From the NCBI GenBank assembly GCA_048882325.1, contig JBHLRS010000001.1, positions 1 through 64,000 on the forward strand: a stretch of 64,000 nucleotides of DNA. Direction: 5' to 3'. The stretch comes from Candidatus Thorarchaeota archaeon. GTDB lineage: Archaea > Asgardarchaeota > Thorarchaeia > Thorarchaeales > Thorarchaeaceae. Each line of letters opens with the position of its first letter. Positions within the stretch are counted from its first letter, which is position 1. The notes beneath the pieces were generated by a model that saw nothing but the letters and a program-made list of their open reading frames with translations, had not been told where the DNA came from and ran no database searches. The position numbers were made by a program, and so were the translations under genes. This document shows positions 49,384 to 59,490 of this stretch, in pieces.

Positions 49384-51822
49384 ATGAAGAATCTTGATCC
49401 TTCTCTAGCCCGAGTCATTCGTGCACTTGGTATTTCTCATCTTAATGAGGTTCAGCAGACTGCATCAAATGGTGGTCTCTTTTCAACTCAAGATGACTTT
49501 GCTTTAGTTTCACAATCTCGAACTGGAAAGAGCTTTGTTGGTGTCTTACTAGTTGCAAATGAATTGTTCAAATTGAAATCCGATGACGGGCTTGCAATCA
49601 TTATAGCCCCATTTCATGCTTCAGCTCGTGAAACCGCCACACTTGTTTCACAGATTTTTGGCTGGTTCTTGAGGCCTTTAGTCCTTGTCGGTGAGGTTCA
49701 GCAGACTGAGATTGCATTAAGACTCTCTAAGGGTATGGCACCGAACGTGATTATTGCTACACCCGATGCACTTCGAGATCTAATTCGAGGTAATACTACT
49801 CGTGAGTGGCTCCTTTCCAGAAATGTGGCTGTTACTGTGTTCGATGATGTGCATTCAATTCTGCACGACCCATCCAGAGGAAGCATGTTGATTGAACTCA
49901 GTGATTTCTTCAAGGAGAAATGTTCTCAATCCCCACGGCGACTGTTTCTGTCAGCAGAATTCGATAACCCGGAACGCTTGAAGCAGCTCTTTGATGTTCG
50001 TATTATCAAAGACAAGAACAAGTATGTATCTCCCACATTTGACCTTGTGAAGTACTCAGCCCCTAAGGACAAGAAGAAGCAACTTGTTCAACTTATTGAG
50101 AATCTTGCGGAAGAAGGAAAGAGAACTCTCGTTTACATGAAACCCATTGGTACAATCACCAAATTCCTTGATGAGCATGGTTCCAGTATCGCGGAATTGG
50201 CATCCTACGACATAGACCCACTAGTCAGATCACGTCTTGAGAAAATCGCGTGTGTCCTTGACGAACTGGAATACGAGTATGATCATCTGGTTACACATGG
50301 TATTGGTTGCTATCACGGACTGATGCAAGAAGAGCACCGCTGGTTCATTGAGTGGGCATTTAGGCGAAAACATCTTCGCTTCCTCTTTGGTACTGAAGCA
50401 CTTGCATATGGTGTGAACACTCCAGTTTCACATGTGGTTATGGAGTCCCCTGGAATCGATGAGATTTTCAGACAGTCTATGATGGCACGCGCCATTCGTA
50501 TGCGACGGGGTAAGGGTCATGCAGGAAGATGTACAGTCTATGCCAAAAGTATCAAAGATGTAGGTTCTCTCCAAAGAGTCTATGAGAATCCTAACCTCCC
50601 TGTACGGTTCATCACTAACCATAACATCTCAAATCTTCTTCTAGGTCTGATTGGTCTAGATCTCTTGAACAATGAAACTCAGCGAACTGAACTTTCTGAA
50701 AGACTAGAACTTCTCTTCAAGAAAGGATCAACTGGAAGAGTCCTGAATGAACTTGTGAGAGCTAAACCACCTCTTGTAGAAAAAGTCGAAGACACCAAAC
50801 TCAGGTTGACTCCACTGGGCGCACTAGCATTCGAGTCGGTCCTATCAGGAGAACAGGTAGAAAGAGTAGTTGAAGGACTGCAGCTATTATCCACAACCAG
50901 CACTCTTCCTACAATCTATGATCTCCTTCTAATCTTGAATCATGCTAGTATCCTTGAAAGTGAGTCAGCGAAATCCAAGAAGGAAATTGATGAAGATCAC
51001 AAGAAGTATCTCAAGAAGTCCGTAGACTCTGTACTTCTCAACAGCATTCTTGATACCAAGTTGGAACCTCAATGGCAGAAATCAGTAGAATTCTCAACTC
51101 TGTTGCTGAATGCGATAAGCAACACGTCAGAATTTGAACCATCAACTAGAAAGAGTGTCGATCGACTTGTTGCTGAAATCAGACTCTTCTCAATGAATCT
51201 TGTTTCTTTCCTGTCAGGGTTACAGCGAATTGATGAATTTGTTCAAGATGAATCGAAACTCAGGACTATCACAACACTTCTAGACCTATTGAACAATGAA
51301 TCATTCATTGATCTTCTATTTGGACCAGAATCAGAATCTGCAAGCTTGAGGTTTCGTGATTTGTCTTTTGTCGACTTTGGGGATATCGAGAGAACAATTG
51401 ATTTCACATTGACCTCCGACCTTACATCAGCTGAGAAGATTCAGCTACTCGAACTATTGGATACTGTTGAATCGACTACCTCTGCTTTTATTGATCTCCT
51501 TGAGAGGTCTCAAGATGATGAAGATGCTCGGGCTGCATTGGAAACTGTTCTCGAATTTAGTAAAGAGGGTATAATGGGTAAGAACTTGATTCGAGCACTC
51601 GAGGAAGAGGGATTGGTCGAACGTGGACAGTTGGACCAGCTGATGCATAGTTTCTCAACTCGAGTTGACAATTTACAGAAGAGGACTGATGCCCCTGCGA
51701 AAGCTGCCAAAGTCATGATTGCCCTGTTCTCGGGGGATGTAGTCGGTCTTGCCACTAGTGGATATAATGCTCTTCGCATGATTCTAGGTCGACGAAAAGT
51801 TGACACACGTGGAATGTCTTAG
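49384..51822 (+). CDS. Degenerate Ski2/Hel308-like SF2 helicase with long helical C-terminus
   Basis: LNEVQ, SRTGKS, ATPD, FDDVH, LSAE, EALAYGVNTP, SMMARAIR; winged-helix-like LTPLG. Confidence 0.8.
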   Translation: MKNLDPSLARVIRALGISHLNEVQQTASNGGLFSTQDDFALVSQSRTGKSFVGVLLVANELFKLKSDDGLAIIIAPFHASARETATLVSQIFGWFLRPLVLVGEVQQTEIALRLSKGMAPNVIIATPDALRDLIRGNTTREWLLSRNVAVTVFDDVHSILHDPSRGSMLIELSDFFKEKCSQSPRRLFLSAEFDNPERLKQLFDVRIIKDKNKYVSPTFDLVKYSAPKDKKKQLVQLIENLAEEGKRTLVYMKPIGTITKFLDEHGSSIAELASYDIDPLVRSRLEKIACVLDELEYEYDHLVTHGIGCYHGLMQEEHRWFIEWAFRRKHLRFLFGTEALAYGVNTPVSHVVMESPGIDEIFRQSMMARAIRMRRGKGHAGRCTVYAKSIKDVGSLQRVYENPNLPVRFITNHNISNLLLGLIGLDLLNNETQRTELSERLELLFKKGSTGRVLNELVRAKPPLVEKVEDTKLRLTPLGALAFESVLSGEQVERVVEGLQLLSTTSTLPTIYDLLLILNHASILESESAKSKKEIDEDHKKYLKKSVDSVLLNSILDTKLEPQWQKSVEFSTLLLNAISNTSEFEPSTRKSVDRLVAEIRLFSMNLVSFLSGLQRIDEFVQDESKLRTITTLLDLLNNESFIDLLFGPESESASLRFRDLSFVDFGDIERTIDFTLTSDLTSAEKIQLLELLDTVESTTSAFIDLLERSQDDEDARAALETVLEFSKEGIMGKNLIRALEEEGLVERGQLDQLMHSFSTRVDNLQKRTDAPAKAAKVMIALFSGDVVGLATSGYNALRMILGRRKVDTRGMS

Positions 51823-51908
51823 TGAATGTTCCATATCGTACATTCCTACAAATTGTGCCCCCGCAGAATGTCTTATATGGCGAAAAAAGTAGGAACATTC
51901 GGAATAAC

Positions 51909-52565
51909 ATGGCATATTACCTAGATACACTTGACGACCTTCGTGAGGGCCTCGACACATTTGTCGAGAAGTGGGCAAACATACAAAGGAAGTCTGTGAA
52001 AGCCATCCAAGCAGTTACAAATACCATTATGCAGATTGAGCATTTGGACGGACCAGTAGGTAAACTTGAGAGTTTTCAAAATATCCGTGAGAATGCAAAG
52101 GGAATTCTCCTTGTCACCCTCTATGATAAATTAGTACCAGCATTGGAAACCTCCATCCGAGAGTTCACCAAACTCATGCATATGTTCGAGAATCTTCGTC
52201 ATACATCTTCGAAGATTCAAACATTGACCGAGACCATGCGTGGAAACCTTGAAGACTCCCCTGAGCTCGATGATCTTGTGGGATTCCTTGACTTGATCAT
52301 GATTAGTGTACGAGAAGTTCTGAATATGTATGAGTCTGAGTTTCTCGTGAAGCTCACAATCTTCCGAGACTTTGAGGAAGGCGCAATAGAGATTGGTGTT
52401 GTCAGCAATTATCTTACCATTTGGGGCATTGAACCCAACATCGAGGTCAACGCACGTGACAAGCTTCTCAAAGATCTAGATGAGCATGTTGAGCTGCTGA
52501 GAGATGTGTTTGCTGGTAAGACAGGTATTAGGATACCTGACCAGTACAAGAGAATACAACTCTAA
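51909..52565 (+). CDS. CINP/C1orf109-like helical protein (candidate eukaryotic signature protein)
   Basis: KW-x15-N; TK....FE.L..T...I..L; MY..E.L.K.T...YL..W...P.IE, matching human CINP as recalled from memory. Confidence 0.7.
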   Translation: MAYYLDTLDDLREGLDTFVEKWANIQRKSVKAIQAVTNTIMQIEHLDGPVGKLESFQNIRENAKGILLVTLYDKLVPALETSIREFTKLMHMFENLRHTSSKIQTLTETMRGNLEDSPELDDLVGFLDLIMISVREVLNMYESEFLVKLTIFRDFEEGAIEIGVVSNYLTIWGIEPNIEVNARDKLLKDLDEHVELLRDVFAGKTGIRIPDQYKRIQL

Positions 52566-52576
52566 TTCTCCACATC

Positions 52577-55438
52577 TCAAGAAGATCTTCTTGAAGCAAT
52601 TGCTTTTCTTATCTCCTCTATGATTAGGACCACAAATCCAAGAAGAACGATCTCTAGCCACTCAAGAATTCCAAGAGGTACCAACCTGAATATTTCCGTC
52701 ATGAAGGGGATAAGAAATAGAATTCCTACTAGAAATATATCAATGACATAGACTCCGAAGATGAATCTATTTCTGAATATTCCCATCTCACGAATTGACT
52801 TAGTCTGAGATCTGCAATTCTGCACACTAAACCACTGAACTATAATCAGAGTGACGAACATCATTGTTCTCAACTTGTTCTGAGCTAAGAGTAGGTCTGT
52901 TTCATTCTGTGCATTTGCGATAAATCCAAGGTTTTGGTAATATACAACCAATACGATTGCAGCCATGACAATTCCATAGAATATGGCTCTGCCAAGGCTC
53001 TGACGTGAGAGAACACGATCTTTCAGGGATCCTGGACTTTGATCTAAGAGACCCTTCTCCTTAGGCTCAAGAGATAACGCGATGTCTAACATACCATCCG
53101 TAACAAGATTGACCCATAAGATTTGAAGTGGCAGAAGAAGTACCAAATTGTTTCCAGTGAATAGAAGAAGAATTGACAATATTAGAAAACTTTCAGCAAG
53201 ATTAGTAGCAGTTAGAAAGAGCACAACCCGCTTAAGAGAACTCAGGATATTCCGTCCCTCTTCTATTCCATCAACTACAGTTTCGAACCTCTCATCTTGA
53301 AGGACAATATCTGCTGCTTCTTTGGAGATGTCTGTCCCAGTAATTCCCATAGCTATGCCTACATTCGCCTGACGAAGTGCAGGACTATCATTAACACCAT
53401 CCCCAGTCATACTCACAACCTTGCCCGTTTCCTGAAGCGCTTTTACAACTCTTAGCTTGTGAAACGGATTTGTCCGAGCCAACACGGTCGCACCTTTTTC
53501 CAGAGTGTTTTTGAGTTCTTCATCATCCATAGTATCAATATCATCGCCCTTGATTGCGATATCACCCCGTTCTTCATCAAACACTCCCACTTCTCGACCT
53601 ATGGCTTGTGCAGTAAATTCGTTGTCACCAGTAATCATAATGACATTTATACCCGCTCTGTTACTCTTTTTGATATAATCAGATACTCCTTCTCTGGGTG
53701 GATCATTTATTCCACATAATCCTACAAACTCCATACCTACAAGGTCTTCGTCTGAAATCAGCGTATGATTCTTAGGAACGTACTTGATTGCACAAGCTAG
53801 CACGCGAAGACCTTGAGATGCAAATTCACTCACTACTTCTTCTGTACCTGACGCAGTTGTAAGGAATGACTCAATTCTCTCAGGTGCCCCCTTTACAATC
53901 AATAAGTTCGACTCATGAGCATCCAGTTTCGGACCAGGTAGGTGTAAGGTTGCCATGTATTTTCTATCACTAGAAAAAGGAATCTCAGCAACTCTAGGCC
54001 ATGCCTCATCAAGAACATACTTGTGAAGTCCTACTTTTTCCAGACTGACAAGCAATGCTGCTTCAGTTGGTGAACCCCTAATTTGCCACTCACTTGCATC
54101 TCCTGTGCATTTTCTTATTGAGTCATCTTCATCCAAGCAAAGCGAATATAGTTCTGAGTCATTACAGAGTGCAAAATATGCCAGTAGTTTTTCAAGGTCC
54201 GGAAATTCATTCAATCTATCGCCAAGAATAGGTTCCTTTGAATCAGGATGTAACTCCAGATCTACCTCCTCATGGAGTTGCGTAGATCGGAGACAACCAG
54301 TTGGTCCGCATCCTTCGATGAATACACCTCCAACCCTGGGATTGAACCCCGACCCACTGACTTCAAAATAATTATTAGGAGTGAATAGTCTACGGACCAT
54401 CATCTGGTTTCTTGTCAACGTGCCTGTTTTATCAGAACAGATTACATTGATCAACCCAAGAGTTTCAACAACCCCTAGATTTCTAATAATGACCTTCTTT
54501 CTAGATAGTCTATAGACTCCAACAGAGAGTACGATTGTTATAACAGCGATGAGTCCCTCTGGAATAGCTGATACCAACGCAGATAGCGCAAAGAGAATGA
54601 ATTCACTGAGTCCGACCTGACTTGGGATATCTCGATAGAACCCAAGTAGCAATGTTGTTACAAGGAACACTCCAGCGAGAGCAATGAAGAAGATGCTCAA
54701 TCTTTCTAGTCGAATCATAACAGTTGTTTTCTCTTTCTTTATACTTTGAAGCTCCTTGTTAATTTCTCCAAGAACCGTATCATCCCCGGTATTCTCAACT
54801 AATACTCTTGCTTTGCCCTCTGTTACATAGGAGCCAGCAAATACTTGGTTCGTCTTTTCATAATAATGGGGATTTTGAATAAGACAGACAACATCTTTCC
54901 TTATTGGAACACTTTCTCCTGTGAGCAAGCTCTCATCCACATGAAGATTACTTTCAAAAATGATTCTTCCGTCAGCTGGTACTTTGTCACCAGTCCGAAG
55001 GAGAAGTAAATCCCCTGGTACAATCTCTAAAGATCTAATCTCGAGTTCAGTGCCATTTCTGACCACGACTGACTTCTCTTCTATAAGTCGCTTGACAGAT
55101 TCAATTGTCCTCTCTGCTCTCCATTCCTGAACGAATCCAATTATTGAATTGATCAAAAGGATGACTGCAATAACTATTGTATCTTCAGCATGGCCACCAA
55201 TGTATGATATAGCAGCAGCAAGGAGCAAGACATAGACTAGAGGTGATTTGAACTGCCGAAAGAACATGATTAGAGGACTGTCTCCCTTTCCCAAGGTAAG
55301 AGTGTTTTCACCAAACTCAGCGCTCTTCTGGATCACTTCATCATCAGTGAGTCCCTCTGGATTTGCTCCAAGACTTAGTAGACACTCTTTGTAATCTACA
55401 TACTCATCTGATGTTTCAGTCCTCTCGCTAGTCATCAT
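52577..55438 (-). CDS. P-type (P2A) cation-transporting ATPase, probably Ca2+
   Basis: TGES, PEGL, DKTGTLT, KGAPE, GDGVND, TNLAE, NLVTD. Confidence 0.93.
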   Translation of the reverse strand: MMTSERTETSDEYVDYKECLLSLGANPEGLTDDEVIQKSAEFGENTLTLGKGDSPLIMFFRQFKSPLVYVLLLAAAISYIGGHAEDTIVIAVILLINSIIGFVQEWRAERTIESVKRLIEEKSVVVRNGTELEIRSLEIVPGDLLLLRTGDKVPADGRIIFESNLHVDESLLTGESVPIRKDVVCLIQNPHYYEKTNQVFAGSYVTEGKARVLVENTGDDTVLGEINKELQSIKKEKTTVMIRLERLSIFFIALAGVFLVTTLLLGFYRDIPSQVGLSEFILFALSALVSAIPEGLIAVITIVLSVGVYRLSRKKVIIRNLGVVETLGLINVICSDKTGTLTRNQMMVRRLFTPNNYFEVSGSGFNPRVGGVFIEGCGPTGCLRSTQLHEEVDLELHPDSKEPILGDRLNEFPDLEKLLAYFALCNDSELYSLCLDEDDSIRKCTGDASEWQIRGSPTEAALLVSLEKVGLHKYVLDEAWPRVAEIPFSSDRKYMATLHLPGPKLDAHESNLLIVKGAPERIESFLTTASGTEEVVSEFASQGLRVLACAIKYVPKNHTLISDEDLVGMEFVGLCGINDPPREGVSDYIKKSNRAGINVIMITGDNEFTAQAIGREVGVFDEERGDIAIKGDDIDTMDDEELKNTLEKGATVLARTNPFHKLRVVKALQETGKVVSMTGDGVNDSPALRQANVGIAMGITGTDISKEAADIVLQDERFETVVDGIEEGRNILSSLKRVVLFLTATNLAESFLILSILLLFTGNNLVLLLPLQILWVNLVTDGMLDIALSLEPKEKGLLDQSPGSLKDRVLSRQSLGRAIFYGIVMAAIVLVVYYQNLGFIANAQNETDLLLAQNKLRTMMFVTLIIVQWFSVQNCRSQTKSIREMGIFRNRFIFGVYVIDIFLVGILFLIPFMTEIFRLVPLGILEWLEIVLLGFVVLIIEEIRKAIASRRSS

Positions 55439-55503
55439 CCCACTCTCTCAATCTTGGCTGGGTTGAATTCCATGCGGAATTTAAAACACGCGATTCATCC
55501 CTT

Positions 55504-57231
55504 TCATTGAGTATCGCTATCAGGTGACATGTCCTGCTCTTGCATTCTCATTCTGTTAATGACCTCTTCAATCTCTGCTTCAAGCTCACTTTTTAGATCT
55601 TGATAGATTCCTTCTGAGATCTTGCCGGATTCAAATTCCTTCTCATAGAACTCGAGTTTCTTTCTATAGATTTCTTCACGGAAGCCAAGCTCTTGTATTC
55701 TTGCCCTTCTCTCCGACACAACCCTTCTCAATTCATCTTCAAGAGTGAAGATCTCTTCCTCTAACTCAGATTTGAGTCTTGTATACATGGCTGAATCTAC
55801 TTTCCCTTCCGTATATCTATCAACAAGAAGAAGTAATGCCTGCCGGGTGGCATCTCGATGTACAGTGATTTCCGTTGCTCGATCCTGCTTTTCAATGAGC
55901 CCTAAGAAATTCGCAAAATAAGATGTTGTTAAACCTTGTACAATTAAGCTTACAAACAGTACAATGAAAACAATGGCATATATTGTCGGTACAACTGGTT
56001 TAATGGAATCAAGAAATACTGAATCTGTCGAAACGTGTACGATGAAAGTAACAGCAATTGCAGCAAGAGCTGCACTAGCTACACCCTTGACTCCCGCCCA
56101 ACTAAGGAAGATACGCTCCTTATATCCCATTGCTCTGTCTCTAGCAGTAACCAGAAACACAGAGATTGGTCTTGCAACAAGAATGACTAACACTGCGGTT
56201 AATAGACCGATTCCAAGAATTCCAGGATTGGCAAATAAGAATGCGATTGTTTCAGTTTCAGCGTCACCTGCAATGAGGGGGACACTCAATGTGTAACCCA
56301 AAAGAATGAAGACAACGATTTCAAAAAAGAATGAAACGTTCTTCATGACACCTCTCATCGACCGTTGGGGTAGTGGTTCGAGACCAATCATTTTTGAATT
56401 TGCCAAGAAGATTCCAGCGAAAACAGCAGCTAGTGCGCCTGGATGGATATAGAAGATGACAAAAAGTTCTCCAAAGCCATAGGCAAGAAACGGAGCGGTG
56501 GCTGTCAGAATTGTGACATTGGTATCGTCTCCAGCTCGAGGTATCAACCATCCAATTATGAGCGCTACAATATATCCAAGAAACACACCAAGACCCATGC
56601 TTGCAAGAAATTCTGCAAAGATGATTCCATAATTTATACTACCAACGATGCCTGCTAGTGAGGCTACCACTATTGGTTCAAAAACAAGGATTACAAGAAT
56701 CACTGAAGTAGCATCGTTGAAAACTGCTTCTCCCTCTAGTATTGAAAATAGTTTGCGTTTGACTCTTACTCCTCCCGTTTCTAATACAGAGAACAAGGCT
56801 GCTGGATCCGTGGGAGCAAGGATAGCTCCAATCAGAAATGCTGCAATCCCAACAGGCACTCCGAGAGCTGCTGTTGAGGTTTGTATTGCGAAACCCCCAA
56901 TTACTGCTGTGGCAAACACCCCTACTGTCGCCAACAACATTACATTCTCAATAGACAATCTGAGCTCTCTGAGATTCAAAGTGAGACCCGCATAGAATAG
57001 GACTGCTGCCAGTGTCAGTTGAGCAATGAAGTCAAATCCTGCGATCTGAACCAGCGACTCTCCCGGATTAAAGATAATTAGGATACGACCCATTACTAGA
57101 CCGGTGAGTACAAGTGGGATTGGGTGGGGAACTCTATACCTCTCAGCAATCTTCGCTATTGCCACACCAAGGATTAGTATAATAGCTATCAGAACAAGAA
57201 TTGATGTTGATAGTTCCTCTCCCTGCATCAA
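55504..57231 (-). CDS. Na+(K+)/H+ antiporter, CPA1/NhaP type, with coiled-coil tail
   Basis: APTDPAA, EGEAVFNDA, ARP, WAGVKG. Confidence 0.9.
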   Translation of the reverse strand: MMQGEELSTSILVLIAIILILGVAIAKIAERYRVPHPIPLVLTGLVMGRILIIFNPGESLVQIAGFDFIAQLTLAAVLFYAGLTLNLRELRLSIENVMLLATVGVFATAVIGGFAIQTSTAALGVPVGIAAFLIGAILAPTDPAALFSVLETGGVRVKRKLFSILEGEAVFNDATSVILVILVFEPIVVASLAGIVGSINYGIIFAEFLASMGLGVFLGYIVALIIGWLIPRAGDDTNVTILTATAPFLAYGFGELFVIFYIHPGALAAVFAGIFLANSKMIGLEPLPQRSMRGVMKNVSFFFEIVVFILLGYTLSVPLIAGDAETETIAFLFANPGILGIGLLTAVLVILVARPISVFLVTARDRAMGYKERIFLSWAGVKGVASAALAAIAVTFIVHVSTDSVFLDSIKPVVPTIYAIVFIVLFVSLIVQGLTTSYFANFLGLIEKQDRATEITVHRDATRQALLLLVDRYTEGKVDSAMYTRLKSELEEEIFTLEDELRRVVSERRARIQELGFREEIYRKKLEFYEKEFESGKISEGIYQDLKSELEAEIEEVINRMRMQEQDMSPDSDTQ

Positions 57232-57237
57232 AGAAGA

Positions 57238-57864
57238 TCAAATCTCCGCCACAATCTCCGCACATTCTTTTGCATAATCTGATACATGTTCTAATTCACC
57301 CACAATCTTTCGCAGAATGTAACTCGCGAAGTCGCAATCTCTTCCACCAGAAGCAATTGATATCTGACGACAGATGACAATGTTATCCTCGTCAATCTCC
57401 CTTTCAAGTCTAATTAGAAGTTCAAGTGAGTGGTCTGCTTCTTCTAGATTATCCGCCCTCTGTTCTACCATTCTCTTCAGGGTAGCCATCATCTCATTCA
57501 CTTTCTTTGAGATTGTAGACATGGAATCCATGAATATATCATTGAAGACCTCATCCTGCAAGATATCAATAAGAACGAGAACCCTGAGGAAAGTGTGTTG
57601 GATGTTTAGCATGTAAGAGATAATTGACTGAGCCAAGATTCCCAGTTCATCGTGAGGAAGTCTTTTTGAAAATGCATACTTGTCAATCAAGCCACGGACG
57701 AACTTGAAAGCTTCTTTTCGTTTGTTCATCCACTCCTCCTCCGCAAGCTCCTCACATTTCAGACACAGTCTTTTGTGAATATACTCGCTGAGTTTCTCCT
57801 GAACTTCAAGTATGCTTCTGATGTTCTCCATGATGGTGCTTCTATCCAGTGGTTCCGCGGCCAT
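57238..57864 (-). CDS. PhoU/DUF47-like helical bundle protein
   Basis: LEREIDE...ELEHVSDYAKECAE PhoU-like motif. Confidence 0.6.
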   Translation of the reverse strand: MAAEPLDRSTIMENIRSILEVQEKLSEYIHKRLCLKCEELAEEEWMNKRKEAFKFVRGLIDKYAFSKRLPHDELGILAQSIISYMLNIQHTFLRVLVLIDILQDEVFNDIFMDSMSTISKKVNEMMATLKRMVEQRADNLEEADHSLELLIRLEREIDEDNIVICRQISIASGGRDCDFASYILRKIVGELEHVSDYAKECAEIVAEI

Positions 57865-57867
57865 CTT

Positions 57868-58119
57868 TCAATCCTCCTCTGGTTCTCTTCTTCTCCATGC
57901 TAAAGCAAAGTCTACATGGATGAAGTGACGGCGAATCGTGACCTCGATACCAGTTTCGATAGGTTCACCAAGAGGAACCTCGATTACTCCCTCTCTCAAC
58001 GTTGGCATGGGAAGCTCAAGTTGATCTCCAGCTCGAATTTGTTCAGCAACTTCGACAAGAAGATCCGCTAGACTACTAAGCGTTTTCTCCTCCTCGAATT
58101 CATACTCTTCAATACGCAT
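57868..58119 (-). CDS. Amphi-Trp domain protein
   Basis: Amphipathic LADLLVEVAEQIRAG followed by beta strands ending in FALAW. Confidence 0.7.
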   Translation of the reverse strand: MRIEEYEFEEEKTLSSLADLLVEVAEQIRAGDQLELPMPTLREGVIEVPLGEPIETGIEVTIRRHFIHVDFALAWRRREPEED

Positions 58120-58276
58120 CTTGCATTCTCCTTTGATATGCAGTGCAATTACTCGCGAAATTGTGTATCAGGCCTTTTTAGAGTAGCTCTTTAGCTAAAA
58201 ATCCTAATTTCAACCACCATCCTTAATTGGAAATCCAGAATCTCTTGCTTTGGAAATCTCAAAGGAAGTACATCCA

Positions 58277-59434
58277 ATGGGTGAAGACAAGGAAGACTTC
58301 GTGGTAACTCCCTGGGAAGTGAGTGGAATCATGGACCAGTCGGTCTATGATCGTCTCATTGAGAAATTCGGAACCGAACGAATCACGCAGAAACTTCGAG
58401 AAAGAATCTACAAGATCACAAAGGAGAAGCATGTTCTCCTAGAGCGTGAACTCTTCTTCTCACATAGGGATCTCGATTGGATCCTCGATGAATATGAAAA
58501 AGGCAATAAATTCGTTCTATACACTGGCCGTGGACCTAGCGGCATTACTCATATCGGCCATCTGGTTCCTTGGCAATTCACCAAATGGATGCAAGACAAG
58601 TTCGACACTCCTCTCTACTTTCAAATGACTAACGATGAGAAATACTTCTTCGAACCTCATCTCAGCCTAGAGGATGTTAGGAAGTACACCTATGATAACA
58701 CTCTAGACCTACTTGCTCTTGGGTTTGAGCCAGAGAACACCTACATCATTCAAGACATAGAGCATATAGACCTCCTTTATGAGATTGCAGTTGAGGTCGC
58801 CAGAAAGGTGACCTTCTCTACAGTGAAGGCTGTGTTTGGTTTCGACAACAGCACAAACATCGGTTCAACTTGGCATCCTGCTATTCAGGCAGCTCCAGCT
58901 TTCATTCATTCATGGATCTATGGAAAGAAGACTCCCTGCATCATTCCGTCTGCAATTGATCAGGATCCTTTCTGGCGTATAACTCGTGATGTCGCAGAAC
59001 GTCTTGGATACCACAAACCCGCTGCCATCCAGTGCTCCTTTGTACCGGGACTGAAAGAGGGTGGAAAAATGTCATCGTCTGATCCGATGTCAGCTGTCTT
59101 CACAACTGACACGCCGAAGCAGGCAAAGAAGAAAGTGATGGCTGCTTTTACTGGTGGTCGGACCACTGTTGAAGAGCAACGAGAACTCGGTGCCAATCCC
59201 GATATCTGCAGTGTCTTCAAGTACTACACATTCATCTTCATGCCTGATGACAATGACCTAGCAGACATTGAGAAGAAGTGTCGTGGTGGAGAGATACTCT
59301 GTGGTGAGTGCAAGCAGATACTTGCTCCTATGATGATGGAGTTTCTTGAGAAGCATCAAGCAGCACGGGAAGAAGTGAAGGACAGGGTTGATGAATTCTC
59401 TGCCGCTCGACTGCGTGATGAACTTCGGAAGTAG
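58277..59434 (+). CDS. trpS: Tryptophan--tRNA ligase
   Basis: VTPWEV, YTGRGPS..HIGH, AIDQDPF, KMSSS. Confidence 0.97.
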   Translation: MGEDKEDFVVTPWEVSGIMDQSVYDRLIEKFGTERITQKLRERIYKITKEKHVLLERELFFSHRDLDWILDEYEKGNKFVLYTGRGPSGITHIGHLVPWQFTKWMQDKFDTPLYFQMTNDEKYFFEPHLSLEDVRKYTYDNTLDLLALGFEPENTYIIQDIEHIDLLYEIAVEVARKVTFSTVKAVFGFDNSTNIGSTWHPAIQAAPAFIHSWIYGKKTPCIIPSAIDQDPFWRITRDVAERLGYHKPAAIQCSFVPGLKEGGKMSSSDPMSAVFTTDTPKQAKKKVMAAFTGGRTTVEEQRELGANPDICSVFKYYTFIFMPDDNDLADIEKKCRGGEILCGECKQILAPMMMEFLEKHQAAREEVKDRVDEFSAARLRDELRK

Positions 59435-59490
59435 GATGGTTCGAAAACCCGAATATTTATGTCATAGTATGCTTCTCTTTTTTTGGAGAG

